A stretch of DNA of 63,986 nucleotides, counting the filler, from Sanchytrium tribonematis (lineage: Eukaryota): assembly GCA_018985235.1 (NCBI GenBank). It is 9 parts of 9 records of this genome, joined end to end, with 100 filler letters (N's around TTAATTAATTAA, not from the genome) between each part and the next. Parts side by side here need not be neighbours in the genome. Positions count along the whole stretch, not along the records: positions 29,293 to 36,495 come from JADGIG010000457.1; positions 36,596 to 43,793 come from JADGIG010000458.1; 7 more parts are not named here. One strand, written 5' to 3'. Each line of letters begins with the position of its first letter. Positions within the stretch are counted from its first letter, which is position 1. Positions 32,309 to 43,893 of this stretch are shown here, in pieces. The position numbers and the translations under genes were made by a program. Under the pieces are notes generated by a model. The model was not told where the DNA came from. It ran no database searches and saw only the letters and a list, made by a program, of their open reading frames with translations.

Positions 32309-33469
32309 TTATTCCTTGTTAATCACAATGGCAGTTGCTGCGCCCCCTCCGTTGCAAATGCTGGCAACTCCAAATCCATTTTTCATTCCGTGGACAAGTG
32401 TAGTGAGAATCCTAGCACCAGAAGCACCTATTGGATGTCCCAAACTCACTGCTCCTCCTAAAGGATTCACTTTATTCAAATCAATTTTCATTTTTTGGGC
32501 ATTTGCCAAAACCACGCAACTGAATGCCTCGTTTATTTCCCAATGATTGACATCATTTACAGAGATATTAGCACGTTTTAATGCAATCGGAGTGGCTACA
32601 GATGGCGCAATTGGGAAATCAATGGGTTTTACAGCCCCATCAGAATATCCCACAATTTCTGCCAATGGCTTTAATTGATGGGTTTTAACAAAAGATTCGG
32701 ATGCTAATATCAATGCTGCTGCACCGTCATTCAATTTGGAGGCATTTGCTGCAGTAATCGTGCCATTTTAAATAAATGCAGATTTTAAAGAATCCATTTT
32801 ATCAGGTCTAAAATTGGATATTTCTTCATCTTCAGTGATTTTGGAGGTTCCTTTTCTACTATTAATCTCTACTGGTGCTATTTCTGCCTCAAATTTGTGA
32901 TTTTTGGTGGCTGAAATGGATTTTTGGTAACTTTGTTTTGCATAATCATCCTGGTCTTTTCTGCTGATTTGCATTTCTTTAGAGATATTCTCTCCACAAA
33001 TACCCATGTGATGGTGATCAAATGCGTCTGTTAATCCATCTTCTAAAACCCCATCTATTATTTTATTTTGATTTCCGTAATTTAATTGTCGTGGGATATA
33101 AAATGGCACATTGGACATGGATTCCATTCCACCAACTAAAACAACTTGTCGGATGCCCAACTGAATCTGCTGGGCGCCAAGGGTGACTGATTTCAAGCCA
33201 GAAGCGCAGACTTTATTGATTGTCGTTGCTTCTGTTGATGCAGGACATTTGGATTTCAACACAACTTGTCTGGCTGGTGCTTGTTTGTTGTTTGCGGTCA
33301 AAACATTCCCAAAATAGCAATCTTGGATTTCATTTGGGGATATTTTAGCAGAATCAATGGCTGATGTAGCAGCAATCGTACCTAATTCGACTGCTGATTT
33401 GGATGATAATTTGCCTTGAAAGCTGCCAATTGGAGTTCGTTTAGCGGATAATATAAAAACACGCTGCAT
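32309..33469 (-). CDS. Acetyl-CoA acetyltransferase (thiolase II, ERG10/ACAT1-like) with an in-frame TAA at 32768-32770
   Basis: RTPIGSF, INKVCASG, GGMESMSN, LKSAFI*NGTITAANAS, EINEAF, GHPIGASG, CNGGG; both halves are in the same frame. Confidence 0.88.
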
Positions 33470-33512
33470 TTTCAATTTGTGTTTGAAAAAATATCAAAAA
33501 ATCATTATTTTA

Positions 33513-34736
33513 TTAAAAATGCTTCTTAATATACAAATAGACACCCACATGCTCATTCACTTGTGCATTTTCAAGCATCGTCTGTAAATTATATGGATAT
33601 TTGTGCAAATGCAGCCATTTGATCGTCTCTAAATCAGAAAATAAAGCAGCTTGCTCAAATGAAAATGTGTTTTTTTCACATTTGTCATTCAAATATTCAA
33701 GAATATCTAGATTATTGTGAATGACGGCACTCGCAAATGAGTATTTGTCAATTGGGCAGTTGTTTTGATACAAAAATTGCATTTCTTTCAAATCTCTACG
33801 CTCCACTGCTTTCTTAAAGGTCCCTTTTGAAAACGGACAGCCATTTGCAAGTAAATATTCCATCATTTCCAAATTAGTTGCATTTTTAAAAGTGTCTTTT
33901 GTAAATTCAAATCCCTCTGCCAATAAATACTCCACCATTTCTATACTAGACTGCACTGCATATTCCATCACATTTTCAGATATTTCACAGCCATGTTGCT
34001 TCAAACATTTGATAAAACAAATTTTGCCGCATTTTACGCCCTTGTTGAAAACAGAGGCATCAAATGGACATTCGAGGTATTTGAGGTATTTGCAATGAAA
34101 TATATTGCCATATTCCACAGCCATTTCTAATGAAAATGGACTGAGGGGACATTTATTCAAATGCAAAAATTGCATCATTTCTAAATTTGCATTTTTAGCT
34201 GCTAATCCCATCGTTTCTTCGGTAAATGGATAATCTAATTTGTTCATAATGAGCTGCACTTTGTTAATATCATTGCTTTCTACTGCCACATTCAATAAAT
34301 TGAGCTTTTTGCACGTAATTACTCGAATCGGATGAAAGTGTGATAAAATGAAATCTAAGCATTCGATGGATCCCCTTTTGATACTCATAACTAGGGTAGC
34401 AAATTCTACCTCATATCCATTCGAATGAAGTAATTTTAAGCATCTTAAATGGTTTGAAAACATAAATGTGGGCAAAGACTGATTTGTAAACTCGTGGGAG
34501 TGGATTAATGCTTGTAAAATGGGATATAGATCATTATAGAATAGCTGATGACGATTGTAAATATCGTGGATGGCGTCAAATGCCGATAATTTTATATATT
34601 CACAAACATTGTTTTCTTTGAAATAATCGACAGAAAGATGCTGAATCACTGAAAAGGAGCATTTGAGGACTACAGCCGTCAATACGTCATTCAAATAAAG
34701 AGCTGCTTCATCTCGCAGTTCGATTGGGAAATGCAT
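33513..34736 (-). CDS. Degenerate ankyrin-repeat protein
   Basis: Repeated AA.N.NLEMMQFLHxNxCP units of about 23 aa. Confidence 0.75.
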   Translation of the reverse strand: MHFPIELRDEAALYLNDVLTAVVLKCSFSVIQHLSVDYFKENNVCEYIKLSAFDAIHDIYNRHQLFYNDLYPILQALIHSHEFTNQSLPTFMFSNHLRCLKLLHSNGYEVEFATLVMSIKRGSIECLDFILSHFHPIRVITCKKLNLLNVAVESNDINKVQLIMNKLDYPFTEETMGLAAKNANLEMMQFLHLNKCPLSPFSLEMAVEYGNIFHCKYLKYLECPFDASVFNKGVKCGKICFIKCLKQHGCEISENVMEYAVQSSIEMVEYLLAEGFEFTKDTFKNATNLEMMEYLLANGCPFSKGTFKKAVERRDLKEMQFLYQNNCPIDKYSFASAVIHNNLDILEYLNDKCEKNTFSFEQAALFSDLETIKWLHLHKYPYNLQTMLENAQVNEHVGVYLYIKKHF

Positions 34737-34979
34737 TTTTAAGTTTCAACTCCATGCAAGAGAATCCCGTTGAAATCCAAAAGCGCATTTTGTTCGTTCG
34801 TATAAACTTATTTAATAAATATGATTATTGGCAAGAGGATCGACCATTTTTGATAATTAAAAATTAGATCGACTCAGAATGCTCCTTTTTAACCCTCTTT
34901 TTTCCCTTTTTGGAAAGATCACGTGGACTAAAAACACCCACGGTGGGTATAAAAGAGGGACCCTCCCCAAAAATCAATT

Positions 34980-35969
34980 ATGAATAGTTTGATGTTGTTG
35001 ATGACTTTTGTCTCTGCCGATTTGATGTTAGATTTGGTCAATTCCCAAAGAAAAGCAGCAAATGTAGGTTTATTAACTTTAGATACAATCTGTATCGCTG
35101 GTGCCAAACAAGAGACATTGGATCAGTCCACTCATTTGTTTATGGGCCATGTCGGATCTGATGGTTCCACAGTTGGTGACAGAATGACCAAATTGGGATT
35201 CAAATGGGATGCCGTTGCAGAGAATGTTGCAGTAGGTCAAAATTCCGTTGAAGAAGTCATGGCAGCATGGATGAACTCGGAGGGACATCGTGCTAACATT
35301 TTAAACCCTAGATATACTAGATTTGGATACTATGAAGCAAAAGGAAGTGACGGAAGAAATTATTGGACACAAACATTCGCACATGAAGCAAGCGGATTCA
35401 AATCCAGTGACGTCAACTCACCAGCACCTATCCCACAGCAAGTGCAAGAGCAAAAGGTTGCAATTTCTGCTCCAAAAGTCGCCCCAGTCGCAACACAGCC
35501 AACTCCTCAAAAAGACGAAAAGACGCAAAATGCGCCTGCTCCTACAAAAGCAACCGAGACCAAACAAGCACCAATTGAAGCCAAACCACAAACATCACAA
35601 GCACCAGAAGCATCCGAAGCACCTAAAGCACCACAAACACCAGAAATTATCACTGAATACGAATCGTATCAGCAAATTTTGGACGGATTCAAACAAATGC
35701 AAATCCCTAAATTGTCATTGAACCAATTGCCTCAGGAGATCCAAAATATAGCAGGTAATCAACACCAGTACTGTGACCAAGTACTAGAGCACTTGAAAGG
35801 TACAGTAAAAGCAGCAGATTTGAGTTCCCATTATTCTCAGGGACATCCTGCTTTGCAACATTTAGATAAATATTCAGAAGCATCTTATGCAGAGTACACT
35901 AGTGACGAGGGATCTTTCGCAAGCAAATTAAGCATCCCATTGTTTTCTCTTTTGATTTTAATGCAATAA
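34980..35969 (+). CDS. CAP/SCP (PR-1-like) domain protein with a P/Q/T-rich stalk and probable GPI signal
   Basis: HVGSDGS..GDRM, AENVA, WMNSEGHRANIL, YWTQTF; hydrophobic C-terminus; TATAAAAG about 30 nt upstream. Confidence 0.85.
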   Translation: MNSLMLLMTFVSADLMLDLVNSQRKAANVGLLTLDTICIAGAKQETLDQSTHLFMGHVGSDGSTVGDRMTKLGFKWDAVAENVAVGQNSVEEVMAAWMNSEGHRANILNPRYTRFGYYEAKGSDGRNYWTQTFAHEASGFKSSDVNSPAPIPQQVQEQKVAISAPKVAPVATQPTPQKDEKTQNAPAPTKATETKQAPIEAKPQTSQAPEASEAPKAPQTPEIITEYESYQQILDGFKQMQIPKLSLNQLPQEIQNIAGNQHQYCDQVLEHLKGTVKAADLSSHYSQGHPALQHLDKYSEASYAEYTSDEGSFASKLSIPLFSLLILMQ

Positions 35970-35978
35970 AATAGTTTA

Positions 35979-36495
35979 TTAGACATACATTGAATTTGAA
36001 TTCCCTCCTTGAAATGGAAAATCCGGTAATATTTTCAGACTTTTATAGTGATTATAAGACTCCATAGGTAATCTGAATCTATCAATTGGCAAATTGGCAG
36101 TATGATTTGAGACATAAGAGCAGAAAACCTTGCAGGTAATCTTTTTAAATTTGCAAATATTGTAAAATGCAGCAGAGATGCCAGATATATATAATGGCGC
36201 TAATAATGTACTTTTTTCCGTATCAGAAAGTACTTTTAATCCATCTCCTTCCACATTTAATCCACTTTCACTCGTTAAAATCAAAACCCTCTTTGGATTA
36301 CCCTTTAAAACCATTTCAGCTACCTCGTTTGCATTCTCAGTGTCTCTAAATGTCATTATTTCATACTTTTGATCATCAAATGTCAGTCAATTCCCACGTT
36401 GATGCACCAAATTGGCTAAAAATGGATTCCCATTATTTGATCCAACTACCAGCACATCACAATTAGCACAAGGTTTCTGGTCAATTTCTATTGCT
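35979..36495 (-). CDS. Probable proteasome assembly chaperone 1 (PAC1/PSMG1-like); 5' cut, with an in-frame TGA at 36387-36389
   Basis: LLAPLYISGISAAF...C..CSY and a C-terminal HbYX-like MYV; the frame continues upstream of the TGA to the contig end. Confidence 0.5.
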
Positions 36496-36595
36496 NNNNN
36501 NNNNNNNNNNNNNNNNNNNNNNNNNNNNNNNNNNNNNNNTTAATTAATTAANNNNNNNNNNNNNNNNNNNNNNNNNNNNNNNNNNNNNNNNNNNN
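36496..36595. other. Artificial contig spacer
   Basis: N44-TTAATTAATTAA-N44. Confidence 0.97.
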
Positions 36596-37338
36596 CAATT
36601 ATTAGTCCTAGATAAGGGGATGTGTGGCTCGAAATCATCGTATAAGACTGAAGTAAGGTATAAATTGAATTCTTTCCAGGATTTCCCTATATAAAGGCAT
36701 CCCCAAGACGAAGGGAACTGATATAGATACATTTCATTTGGAACAATTAGCGAGTCCCCACTAACTTCGCTAAATGTAGGATTATATAGACTTATTCCAG
36801 CCAAGGCGTCGTTTTGGCCGTACGAATGAAGAGCATCTAAAACCCATTTGAAAAAGTACTGGCTTACTTCTATATCGTCTTCAAGGAAAATCGCAGCGTC
36901 CTGATCATTGCTCGGAAACCAACTCTCTGCTACGGCCTTCATGAGCCCTCCCTTTTCTATTCTCTTTTGCACCGATTTAAAACCTTGATCCCATTTAAAT
37001 TCATTTACGAGGTCCAGAGTAATTCTATCAGCATCGCTGTCCAAACTAAACTTGATATTAACACTCTTGTTATAATATTCAGCAACAGAAATACTTTCTA
37101 ACAATCTCTTCAAAGAGTCTGGCCTGTTGTTTGTAATAACATTCAAAGTAATGATATATTCATTATTATTCATATCTTTTTTCAAGATTTTGGCAGAATT
37201 ATGGTAAAATTTAATGTCATCGAATTGAAATTCTTTAAATGCTTTCAAATGATGGTCGTCTAAATCTATAACAATTTTAAACATAAGCAGTATTGACATC
37301 AGAAGAATAACGAATTTTATTTCTGCATTTAAACACAT
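36596..37338 (-). CDS. Type II membrane GT-A fold glycosyltransferase (GT2-like), 3' cut
   Basis: N-terminal TM; NRPDSLKRLL, GGLMKAVAESW, FLEDDIEVS, YQFPSSWG. Confidence 0.75.
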
Positions 37339-37436
37339 TATTTTATACGTTACAGCTCGTGCGAACCATTTTTTGGTTTCTTCGAATTAGAAAAAAGACG
37401 TATTAATCATACATCATAAATTTATTGGAAACAATT

Positions 37437-38033
37437 TCAATCTGTAAAAAAATACGTAGAATATTCGGCCTTCAATTTATCGATCGAATCTCTCATTTTC
37501 TTCACCTGATCAGTGTTGTGCACAATTAATTTTGAGAATAGCCGATGTGCCAATTCGACAAATTGAATATCTTTTGGATCTTTTGAATAGCCATCACAGT
37601 TCATCAAAAGTTCATCTGCATAAGGTTTCATGGACCTATCATCGGTCAAAACCACCTCTGTTTCGTCCAGATACTTTTCAATTGCCATTACCCTTTCTAC
37701 AACATCTACAATCTTCATTTTGGAATCCGGCTTTTTATAGCTTACCATATATCCTTCTGTAAGTTCCTCAAACTTTAATTTTAATTGATTGTAGCTTGTG
37801 ATTTGATACTCGCCGGCAATTTCGCTTAAATCTTTCGCACTGTCCATCTTTTCTAACGATTTCGAAGGAACATGTGATTCACAGGAAGGGCATTTATAAG
37901 CAATTACTTCATCCTCATTAAGAAAATTAGCACCCACACATTCTGAATGTTGCCATAACTGACATGAGCAACATTGAATTAAATTGCCATCATTATTTTC
38001 ATTGCAAATACAAATGATATCCGATGTCCCCAT
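37437..38033 (-). CDS. PHD finger protein
   Basis: CIC...IQCCSCQLWQHSECV...YKCPSC. Confidence 0.8.
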   Translation of the reverse strand: MGTSDIICICNENNDGNLIQCCSCQLWQHSECVGANFLNEDEVIAYKCPSCESHVPSKSLEKMDSAKDLSEIAGEYQITSYNQLKLKFEELTEGYMVSYKKPDSKMKIVDVVERVMAIEKYLDETEVVLTDDRSMKPYADELLMNCDGYSKDPKDIQFVELAHRLFSKLIVHNTDQVKKMRDSIDKLKAEYSTYFFTD

Positions 38034-38237
38034 GTTTCACAATTATCTGGCATAAAATTGAAGTTATACAAGTTAATTTATAAAAACTTTTGAAAAATAT
38101 GTTGGTGCTATTTTTCAAATTTTTTAAAATAGGTTAGAAATTTTGTATTTGATCACCATGAATTGAACAAATCATTTTGATTGGCAACTAGAAATCAATT
38201 TATTTTTGCGACTCCCTCCTTCCAAATTCAAAATTTT

Positions 38238-39152
38238 ATGAGCAATTCGAATAGTAGCTCAGATCAAACCCTTCAACGTAAACCAAGTTTTAAGAATCTG
38301 CTTGGTAAGCTTTTTCATAAGAATGCCTCTTGCAAGAATCTTTCGATTCATAAATCATTAGGGAGTGGTGCGACTGCTACAGTTCATTTGGCGGATGGTG
38401 CAACTTGCAAATACGCTTTAAAGCAGTTCAAGAATGCTGATAGTAAAGAAGCTATTAAAGCCTTGACAGCTGAATTTTGTATTTCTTCTTCATTAAATCA
38501 TCCACATATCGTGAAGGTTGTTGACTTAGTGTTCGATCATGGCTGGTGGATGATTTTAGAATACTGTAATGGCGGAGATTTGTTTTCTGTTGTCCAAGAA
38601 GGCCTTAGCTCCTCTGAAGTCAATGAATATTTTTACCAGCTAATGGACGGAATCACATATTTACACTCTGTTGGTGTAGCTCACAGAGATATAAAGCCAG
38701 AAAACATATTACTTTCTGAAGACAAGACACTTAAAATTTGTGATTTTGGCGCCGCTGTTGTCTTCAAATCGGTTTTTGATCCCGAGGAGCATCTGGCTGA
38801 AGGTTTACACGGAAGTGAACCATATATGGCCCCCGAACAATGGACTCAAAAGAGCTACAGAGCTTGTCCAGTTGATCTTTGGATGTGTGGCATTGTTTAT
38901 TGTGTCATGCTAAGAAAGAGGGTTCTTTGGCGCAGAGCAGACGCGGAAGACGACAACTACAAGGAATACGTTATAGAGAAGCGTAATTGGGCTGATTTTT
39001 CTCAGCTTACTGATACCGCCTTGGAGTTGGTGCTCTTGTTGCTTGATTTAGATCCTTCTAAAAGGATATCTGCTACCGCCACTATCCAATATTTAAAGGA
39101 TCACCAGCTTGTCCAGTCACTTAATAATATCTCAATAAACTCAAGCAACTAA
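38238..39152 (+). CDS. HAL/NPR-family Ser/Thr kinase (Sat4/Hrk1-like)
   Basis: GSGA, LTAEFCISSSLNHPHIV, GVAHRDIKPEN, DFG, GSEPYMAPE. Confidence 0.85.
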   Translation: MSNSNSSSDQTLQRKPSFKNLLGKLFHKNASCKNLSIHKSLGSGATATVHLADGATCKYALKQFKNADSKEAIKALTAEFCISSSLNHPHIVKVVDLVFDHGWWMILEYCNGGDLFSVVQEGLSSSEVNEYFYQLMDGITYLHSVGVAHRDIKPENILLSEDKTLKICDFGAAVVFKSVFDPEEHLAEGLHGSEPYMAPEQWTQKSYRACPVDLWMCGIVYCVMLRKRVLWRRADAEDDNYKEYVIEKRNWADFSQLTDTALELVLLLLDLDPSKRISATATIQYLKDHQLVQSLNNISINSSN

Positions 39153-39181
39153 TGTAATTTTATCAAATTTGGTTTGAGGGG

Positions 39182-40168
39182 ATGAAAAAATGGAAAGTTT
39201 CTTGCCCATTAAAAGTGATTTTATTGGGAGAGCACAGCGTGTTGTATAAAAAGCGTGCAATTACCATGGCGATTAATTTACATCTAAAAGCAGCAATAGA
39301 ATTGTCGCCTACCACTAAAATTGTATTCAACGAGGAAACGTTTTTTGAAGGTCCTAGGAAAAACAATTTAGTTGACTTAAATATTGAATTCTCAAAAAAA
39401 GAAGATCACGGCAATGTTGTAACTTCGGGTATATTACAAGTTATTCAATCACTTAATATCGGTTGTTCAATTATAATTAATTCTGAAATACCATTGGGTT
39501 GCGGACTAGGAACATCCGCTGCCGCTTCGATTTGTGTTGCGCTTGGCTGCCTTACTGCCTCCAATTTTTCTAATAATTTGGGAATGAATGAACTAGAAAT
39601 CTTTGAGCGGTCCTACGAAATAGCTCAGAAACTTGACTATTTTATTCATGGAAAAAGTAGTGGTGTGGACGTGTTGACATGCTTTAAAGGTGGAATATTG
39701 TATTACGACAATAGATCTAATTCTAAATTATTAAATTGCAAACCAATTAAATTAAATTTGCCAGAGCTTCATATAATTTACAGCAAAATTCCAAAAGATA
39801 CCTCGAAAATGGTTGAGCGCGTTGCTGTCCAATATGAGAAATATCCGCAAACAATAGATTCAATAATGCACACGATAGATGGTCTTATAAGCCATTGTTT
39901 AGAGAATGGTTTAGAAAATCCAACTATATTTTATTGCCAAAAAATGCTGTCAAGCCTTAATGTCTCTCATCCAAAGCTGGACTGTGGCTTGAGGCTTCTC
40001 GAAAAGCATTCACTGTTTGGCAAAATAACCGGTGCTGGTGGAGGAGGTTGCCTGATCTCGTTTGGTACCATGTCTAATGAACTTCGACAGGATTTGATCT
40101 TGAATGATTTTCAAGTTTACAACATATGTGAATCACCAAAAGGTGTACAAATAATACAAGAGCTTTAA
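39182..40168 (+). CDS. ERG12: Mevalonate kinase
   Basis: KVILLGEHSVLY, PLGCGLGTSAA, IHGKSSGVD, KITGAGGGGC. Confidence 0.88.
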   Translation: MKKWKVSCPLKVILLGEHSVLYKKRAITMAINLHLKAAIELSPTTKIVFNEETFFEGPRKNNLVDLNIEFSKKEDHGNVVTSGILQVIQSLNIGCSIIINSEIPLGCGLGTSAAASICVALGCLTASNFSNNLGMNELEIFERSYEIAQKLDYFIHGKSSGVDVLTCFKGGILYYDNRSNSKLLNCKPIKLNLPELHIIYSKIPKDTSKMVERVAVQYEKYPQTIDSIMHTIDGLISHCLENGLENPTIFYCQKMLSSLNVSHPKLDCGLRLLEKHSLFGKITGAGGGGCLISFGTMSNELRQDLILNDFQVYNICESPKGVQIIQEL

Positions 40169-40169
40169 T

Positions 40170-41552
40170 TTATTTAATAAAATCGGATATTGTGAGAATT
40201 TTAGTGGTAGATGCAGATTTAGATTCCTTAAACTGCTTCAACATTTCGAGTCTCTTCAATGAATGTACTTGCACCGGTTTTGCTTTCCACTCTGCGGGCA
40301 TCTGTTTTACTGATTTAAGACGGCTTCTTTTAACTACCATACCATTTCCTATTTGCAGGTAGGTCAGATCAGAAATTGGTGGCTCCTCAAAAACCACAAT
40401 TTGAGGTATCAGATCATCTACTTCGGCTTCAGATATTTGAGAAGGAGTTATGGAAGCGGGATTCAGTCTTGGTGCTACAATTGGACTGTTAGCGTTAGAA
40501 CCTTTCCTACTATACGGGTGAAGCTTCGGAGATTGTTTCTTGCGTTTTGGCTCCTCCATAGCGCCACTATTTGTTGGTTTCTTCTTTGGAGGTCTACCTC
40601 TTTTCCTTTTGACATTCGGCTCGACAGGTGAAACTGATAAAGCTGGTTGATCTCCCCGGACCGGGACGACGTCTAATTTTTGATTTCGCAATAATTTGTG
40701 GTACAAAATACAATGTCTAAATTCGGAATATTTACATGAAGCACACGTCAGAATAACTCCAGATTTAGACGCGGGCTTGCAACCACTTAAAAATTCCTGA
40801 AAAGTCCAATTGGCTACATTTTCTAACTCTTTATCAGTATATTGCAAAATTAACTCTTCTTTTGCTTTAATTTTGTCAATGGCAAAAAAAGAGAACTTGT
40901 CCTCGATTTTCTGCAAGTTTAAATTACCTTGACATCCTTTTCGAAATATGTATGATTCCTTTCTGAGATCAAGACCCTCAGAATTATATGCTGCTGTTGT
41001 TGGCGCAAAATAGGGTATCGAATCTATTTTGATTTCATCAGTGGAGTGAAAACAGGGGCTCGAACTGGTTTTTGTGGTATAAATAATAGAATGATTTTCG
41101 TAATTTTTTTCCGCCAACATAACTTCTTGCCAACTTGTTTGACCTGGCAGTGTGAGATAGAGCTCATTACCCAATCTATCATAAGGCTTGAACTTCATGT
41201 GGCTTAAAATAGGTGCTTTTTTTAACTTGGGTTTCGGATGAATCAAATACGCTGCGTTATCTAATGGGACGGCCAACGATTTCGGCTTTTCGCCGACATA
41301 AATTCCACTTTTATATTCTTCTACAATCCTTTCGAACCAGTTAATAAAACTCTCTTCATCTATTAATTCAGTGTCGTCGTCTGAAGTGTCTTTACATGAT
41401 ATACAGTAGAAATGTTCTGGAACTGCTGCAGGATTGATTTTGTAACATTTTGCGTGCGCCCATAACAAGCACCTTTCACACTGTATAGTAAATCCGTCAT
41501 CTTTTTTGATCCCACAAAGGCAATTAATTGAAAAATCCTCGACAGCCTCCAT
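40170..41552 (-). CDS. Set3-like protein: PHD, degenerate SET domain and AT-hook
   Basis: CLCG..DDGFTIQCERCLLWAH..C; FRKGCQGN...IKAKEELILQY; KRKRGRPPKK. Confidence 0.7.
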   Translation of the reverse strand: MEAVEDFSINCLCGIKKDDGFTIQCERCLLWAHAKCYKINPAAVPEHFYCISCKDTSDDDTELIDEESFINWFERIVEEYKSGIYVGEKPKSLAVPLDNAAYLIHPKPKLKKAPILSHMKFKPYDRLGNELYLTLPGQTSWQEVMLAEKNYENHSIIYTTKTSSSPCFHSTDEIKIDSIPYFAPTTAAYNSEGLDLRKESYIFRKGCQGNLNLQKIEDKFSFFAIDKIKAKEELILQYTDKELENVANWTFQEFLSGCKPASKSGVILTCASCKYSEFRHCILYHKLLRNQKLDVVPVRGDQPALSVSPVEPNVKRKRGRPPKKKPTNSGAMEEPKRKKQSPKLHPYSRKGSNANSPIVAPRLNPASITPSQISEAEVDDLIPQIVVFEEPPISDLTYLQIGNGMVVKRSRLKSVKQMPAEWKAKPVQVHSLKRLEMLKQFKESKSASTTKILTISDFIK

Positions 41553-41695
41553 TTCAAATTACGTAGTTTCACATAGATCTCCACGCTTCTAAAAGACCAC
41601 AATTATCTTTATCATTTGCTACTTATAAACATTACTACAGCGGCGTAAACAAAATGTGACGGCAAAAGAAAATCCAATGGATTTAAGTTGAAACA

Positions 41696-42589
41696 ATGAA
41701 CTTTTCTTCAATTTTTCATAATTCGAAATACTATTACAACGGAATGGAATTTATATCCAAAGACAATGCCATAGTATTGCTTCAACAATCTGGATTGAGT
41801 ACCGAGATTTTGGGCAACATCTGGCATTCATGTAAACAAACTCAATTTGCAGATTTGACAGAGCAGGAATTTACATCAATGATGAGTATGGCCCAACAGC
41901 ATTTAAACATAACTTCATATAATTGGAATATATCACAAACAAAGAAGAAAGATTATGCTAAAGAGATACTTTCCATAGGAACTTATCAAAAATGCGTGCG
42001 TAAATTTGATGTTCAGTCATTTATAAGGACAAATTTCAAGCAGTTTCCACTGCAATATTTTGATATAGTATATAATATGATAGATATAAATCAAGTAGAA
42101 AACTTGACGACAGATCAATTCAATGTTTTGCGGCATGTTATAGATGAATATAGACAAGGCATACCAATTCCAAATACAATTCCGCTGAACATTCTTGGTA
42201 GTGTCTCCACCATTCCTGTTGATATGTTGACTAGAAGCGGATCTAAAGAATTCAATGGTTCAATGAGAGCTGAAGAATATTTAAATCGGATACAAACAAG
42301 TTCTTCAGTTGAAACAAGCAGTGAAGTTTTGAACAGCGAGCCGACTGGTGATTTGGAAGTTGACTTGAAAAACATCAAACAATCTGTTCTGAATAAGCTG
42401 AGTTTACCTGAAGAACTTAAAAGTATCGAATTTGATGGCAAAATGACTTATCTTTTACTGTTGAATGAGATGCTGGAAATTCACAGCAGTCTTACTGACC
42501 CTGAACTTGAAGATTTTATCAGCAAGAAAGAGAATCGAATCGAAGAATTAAAAAAATTAATTGAAAATGAAAAGCTGACTATGTTATAA
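41696..42589 (+). CDS. EH-domain endocytic protein (End3-like)
   Basis: LQQSGLSTEILGNIW...LTEQEF; a second EH with IDIN...LT.DQF...GIPIP.TIP; coiled-coil tail. Confidence 0.65.
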   Translation: MNFSSIFHNSKYYYNGMEFISKDNAIVLLQQSGLSTEILGNIWHSCKQTQFADLTEQEFTSMMSMAQQHLNITSYNWNISQTKKKDYAKEILSIGTYQKCVRKFDVQSFIRTNFKQFPLQYFDIVYNMIDINQVENLTTDQFNVLRHVIDEYRQGIPIPNTIPLNILGSVSTIPVDMLTRSGSKEFNGSMRAEEYLNRIQTSSSVETSSEVLNSEPTGDLEVDLKNIKQSVLNKLSLPEELKSIEFDGKMTYLLLLNEMLEIHSSLTDPELEDFISKKENRIEELKKLIENEKLTML

Positions 42590-42633
42590 TAAATTATTGT
42601 TTACATTATTTAATCTTTTCTAAAGAGCTCTGA

Positions 42634-43793
42634 CTATGGACGTATACTTCTTCCAGCATTTGCTCGATCCACTATGAAATTGTATGTTCTTTTCCAAATC
42701 AGATTTGTTACTCGTTGCAATTCATGGGAGAAGAACACAGGTAAATTCAGATTACTGACGTTTAAAGACTCACTCATCTTAGCCAGATCATTCAGGTGAT
42801 GTTGCAACAATGAATAGCAGGATTCCACATTAATTTCCAATAACCTTGTGGAGTTATTATACTGGAATATTTCTTCAACAAAGGCAGAAACGACAGTAGG
42901 ATTGATTCTAGGATTTATTCCAAAATCTAGGGTTTTTAGTGGACCAATTATCGGAATAGAATTGGAAAGATCACAGTCTCTTAATGATAAATCTGCCAAA
43001 TTTGGAAAGTAAAGCCTATCTACAATGATATTATCTAATTTACAATTCTTAATCTGAATTGTATGTAAATTTAATCCGGAAAGACCATATAAGTAATCCC
43101 AAATGAAGCCACTTCCGTCAATAAAAACTGATCTTAATTTCGGAAAGCTGAGTTGCAAGTCGCTGTAAAATACGTCAGCATCCGAAAGAATGGTGTTGCT
43201 CAAAGCCAACACATCCACATCAAAATGATTGCATGTAGATGGATCCAAAAGGCAGTCTTGCAAGATTAATTGACGAACATCAAAAACATAGCGTAAAAAA
43301 TCAAGATTCGTCTCCACGGCAGAAACACATTTCGCACTTATCAATATTTGGTCATCGGGTATATAAAGTTGACAATGCTTGAGATCTAAAATATCCAAAG
43401 ATTTCTCATTTAAACCTTTAATATCAAACTGTAGAGCTTGCAAGAAGATTGATTTTAAATTTTTTGCATTTTCAAGCAGCTTAGTCAAGACATTGAATGG
43501 TATGTCACAATGAATCAAAACCAGACCTGTCAGCCAAATTAGATGGTTGCTTCCATTTAAAGGGCACTTTATAAGGCAAAATTCTCTTATATGGCTGCGA
43601 TGTTTTAAAGGGATTTGTATTTGTTTTTCTGTTTTTTTAACACATCGAACACTGTGATAAAACATACCATCATTCAAAATTTGCCTCAAATCCTTGCAGC
43701 ACTTTCTTAAATTTGCCAAATCTCCAAGCGTCAAGTACTTGCAAATCAAAAACCAACAATCAGCATTGATAATTTTGGTCGGGTTTGTGATAT
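42634..43793 (-). CDS. F-box/LRR protein, 5' cut
   Basis: ICKYLTLGDLANLRKCCKDL F-box followed by LxxLxL repeats. Confidence 0.7.
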
Positions 43794-43893
43794 NNNNNNN
43801 NNNNNNNNNNNNNNNNNNNNNNNNNNNNNNNNNNNNNTTAATTAATTAANNNNNNNNNNNNNNNNNNNNNNNNNNNNNNNNNNNNNNNNNNNN
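43794..43893. other. Artificial contig spacer
   Basis: N44-TTAATTAATTAA-N44. Confidence 0.97.

Noticed and set aside
32768..32770. Stop-codon reassignment (TAA/TAG to Gln, or TGA to Trp)
   Set aside because: TAA, TAG and TGA all end genes at expected positions (e.g. KDEL-TAA), and long conserved ORFs have no internal stops. Isolated cases fit errors or mutations better.
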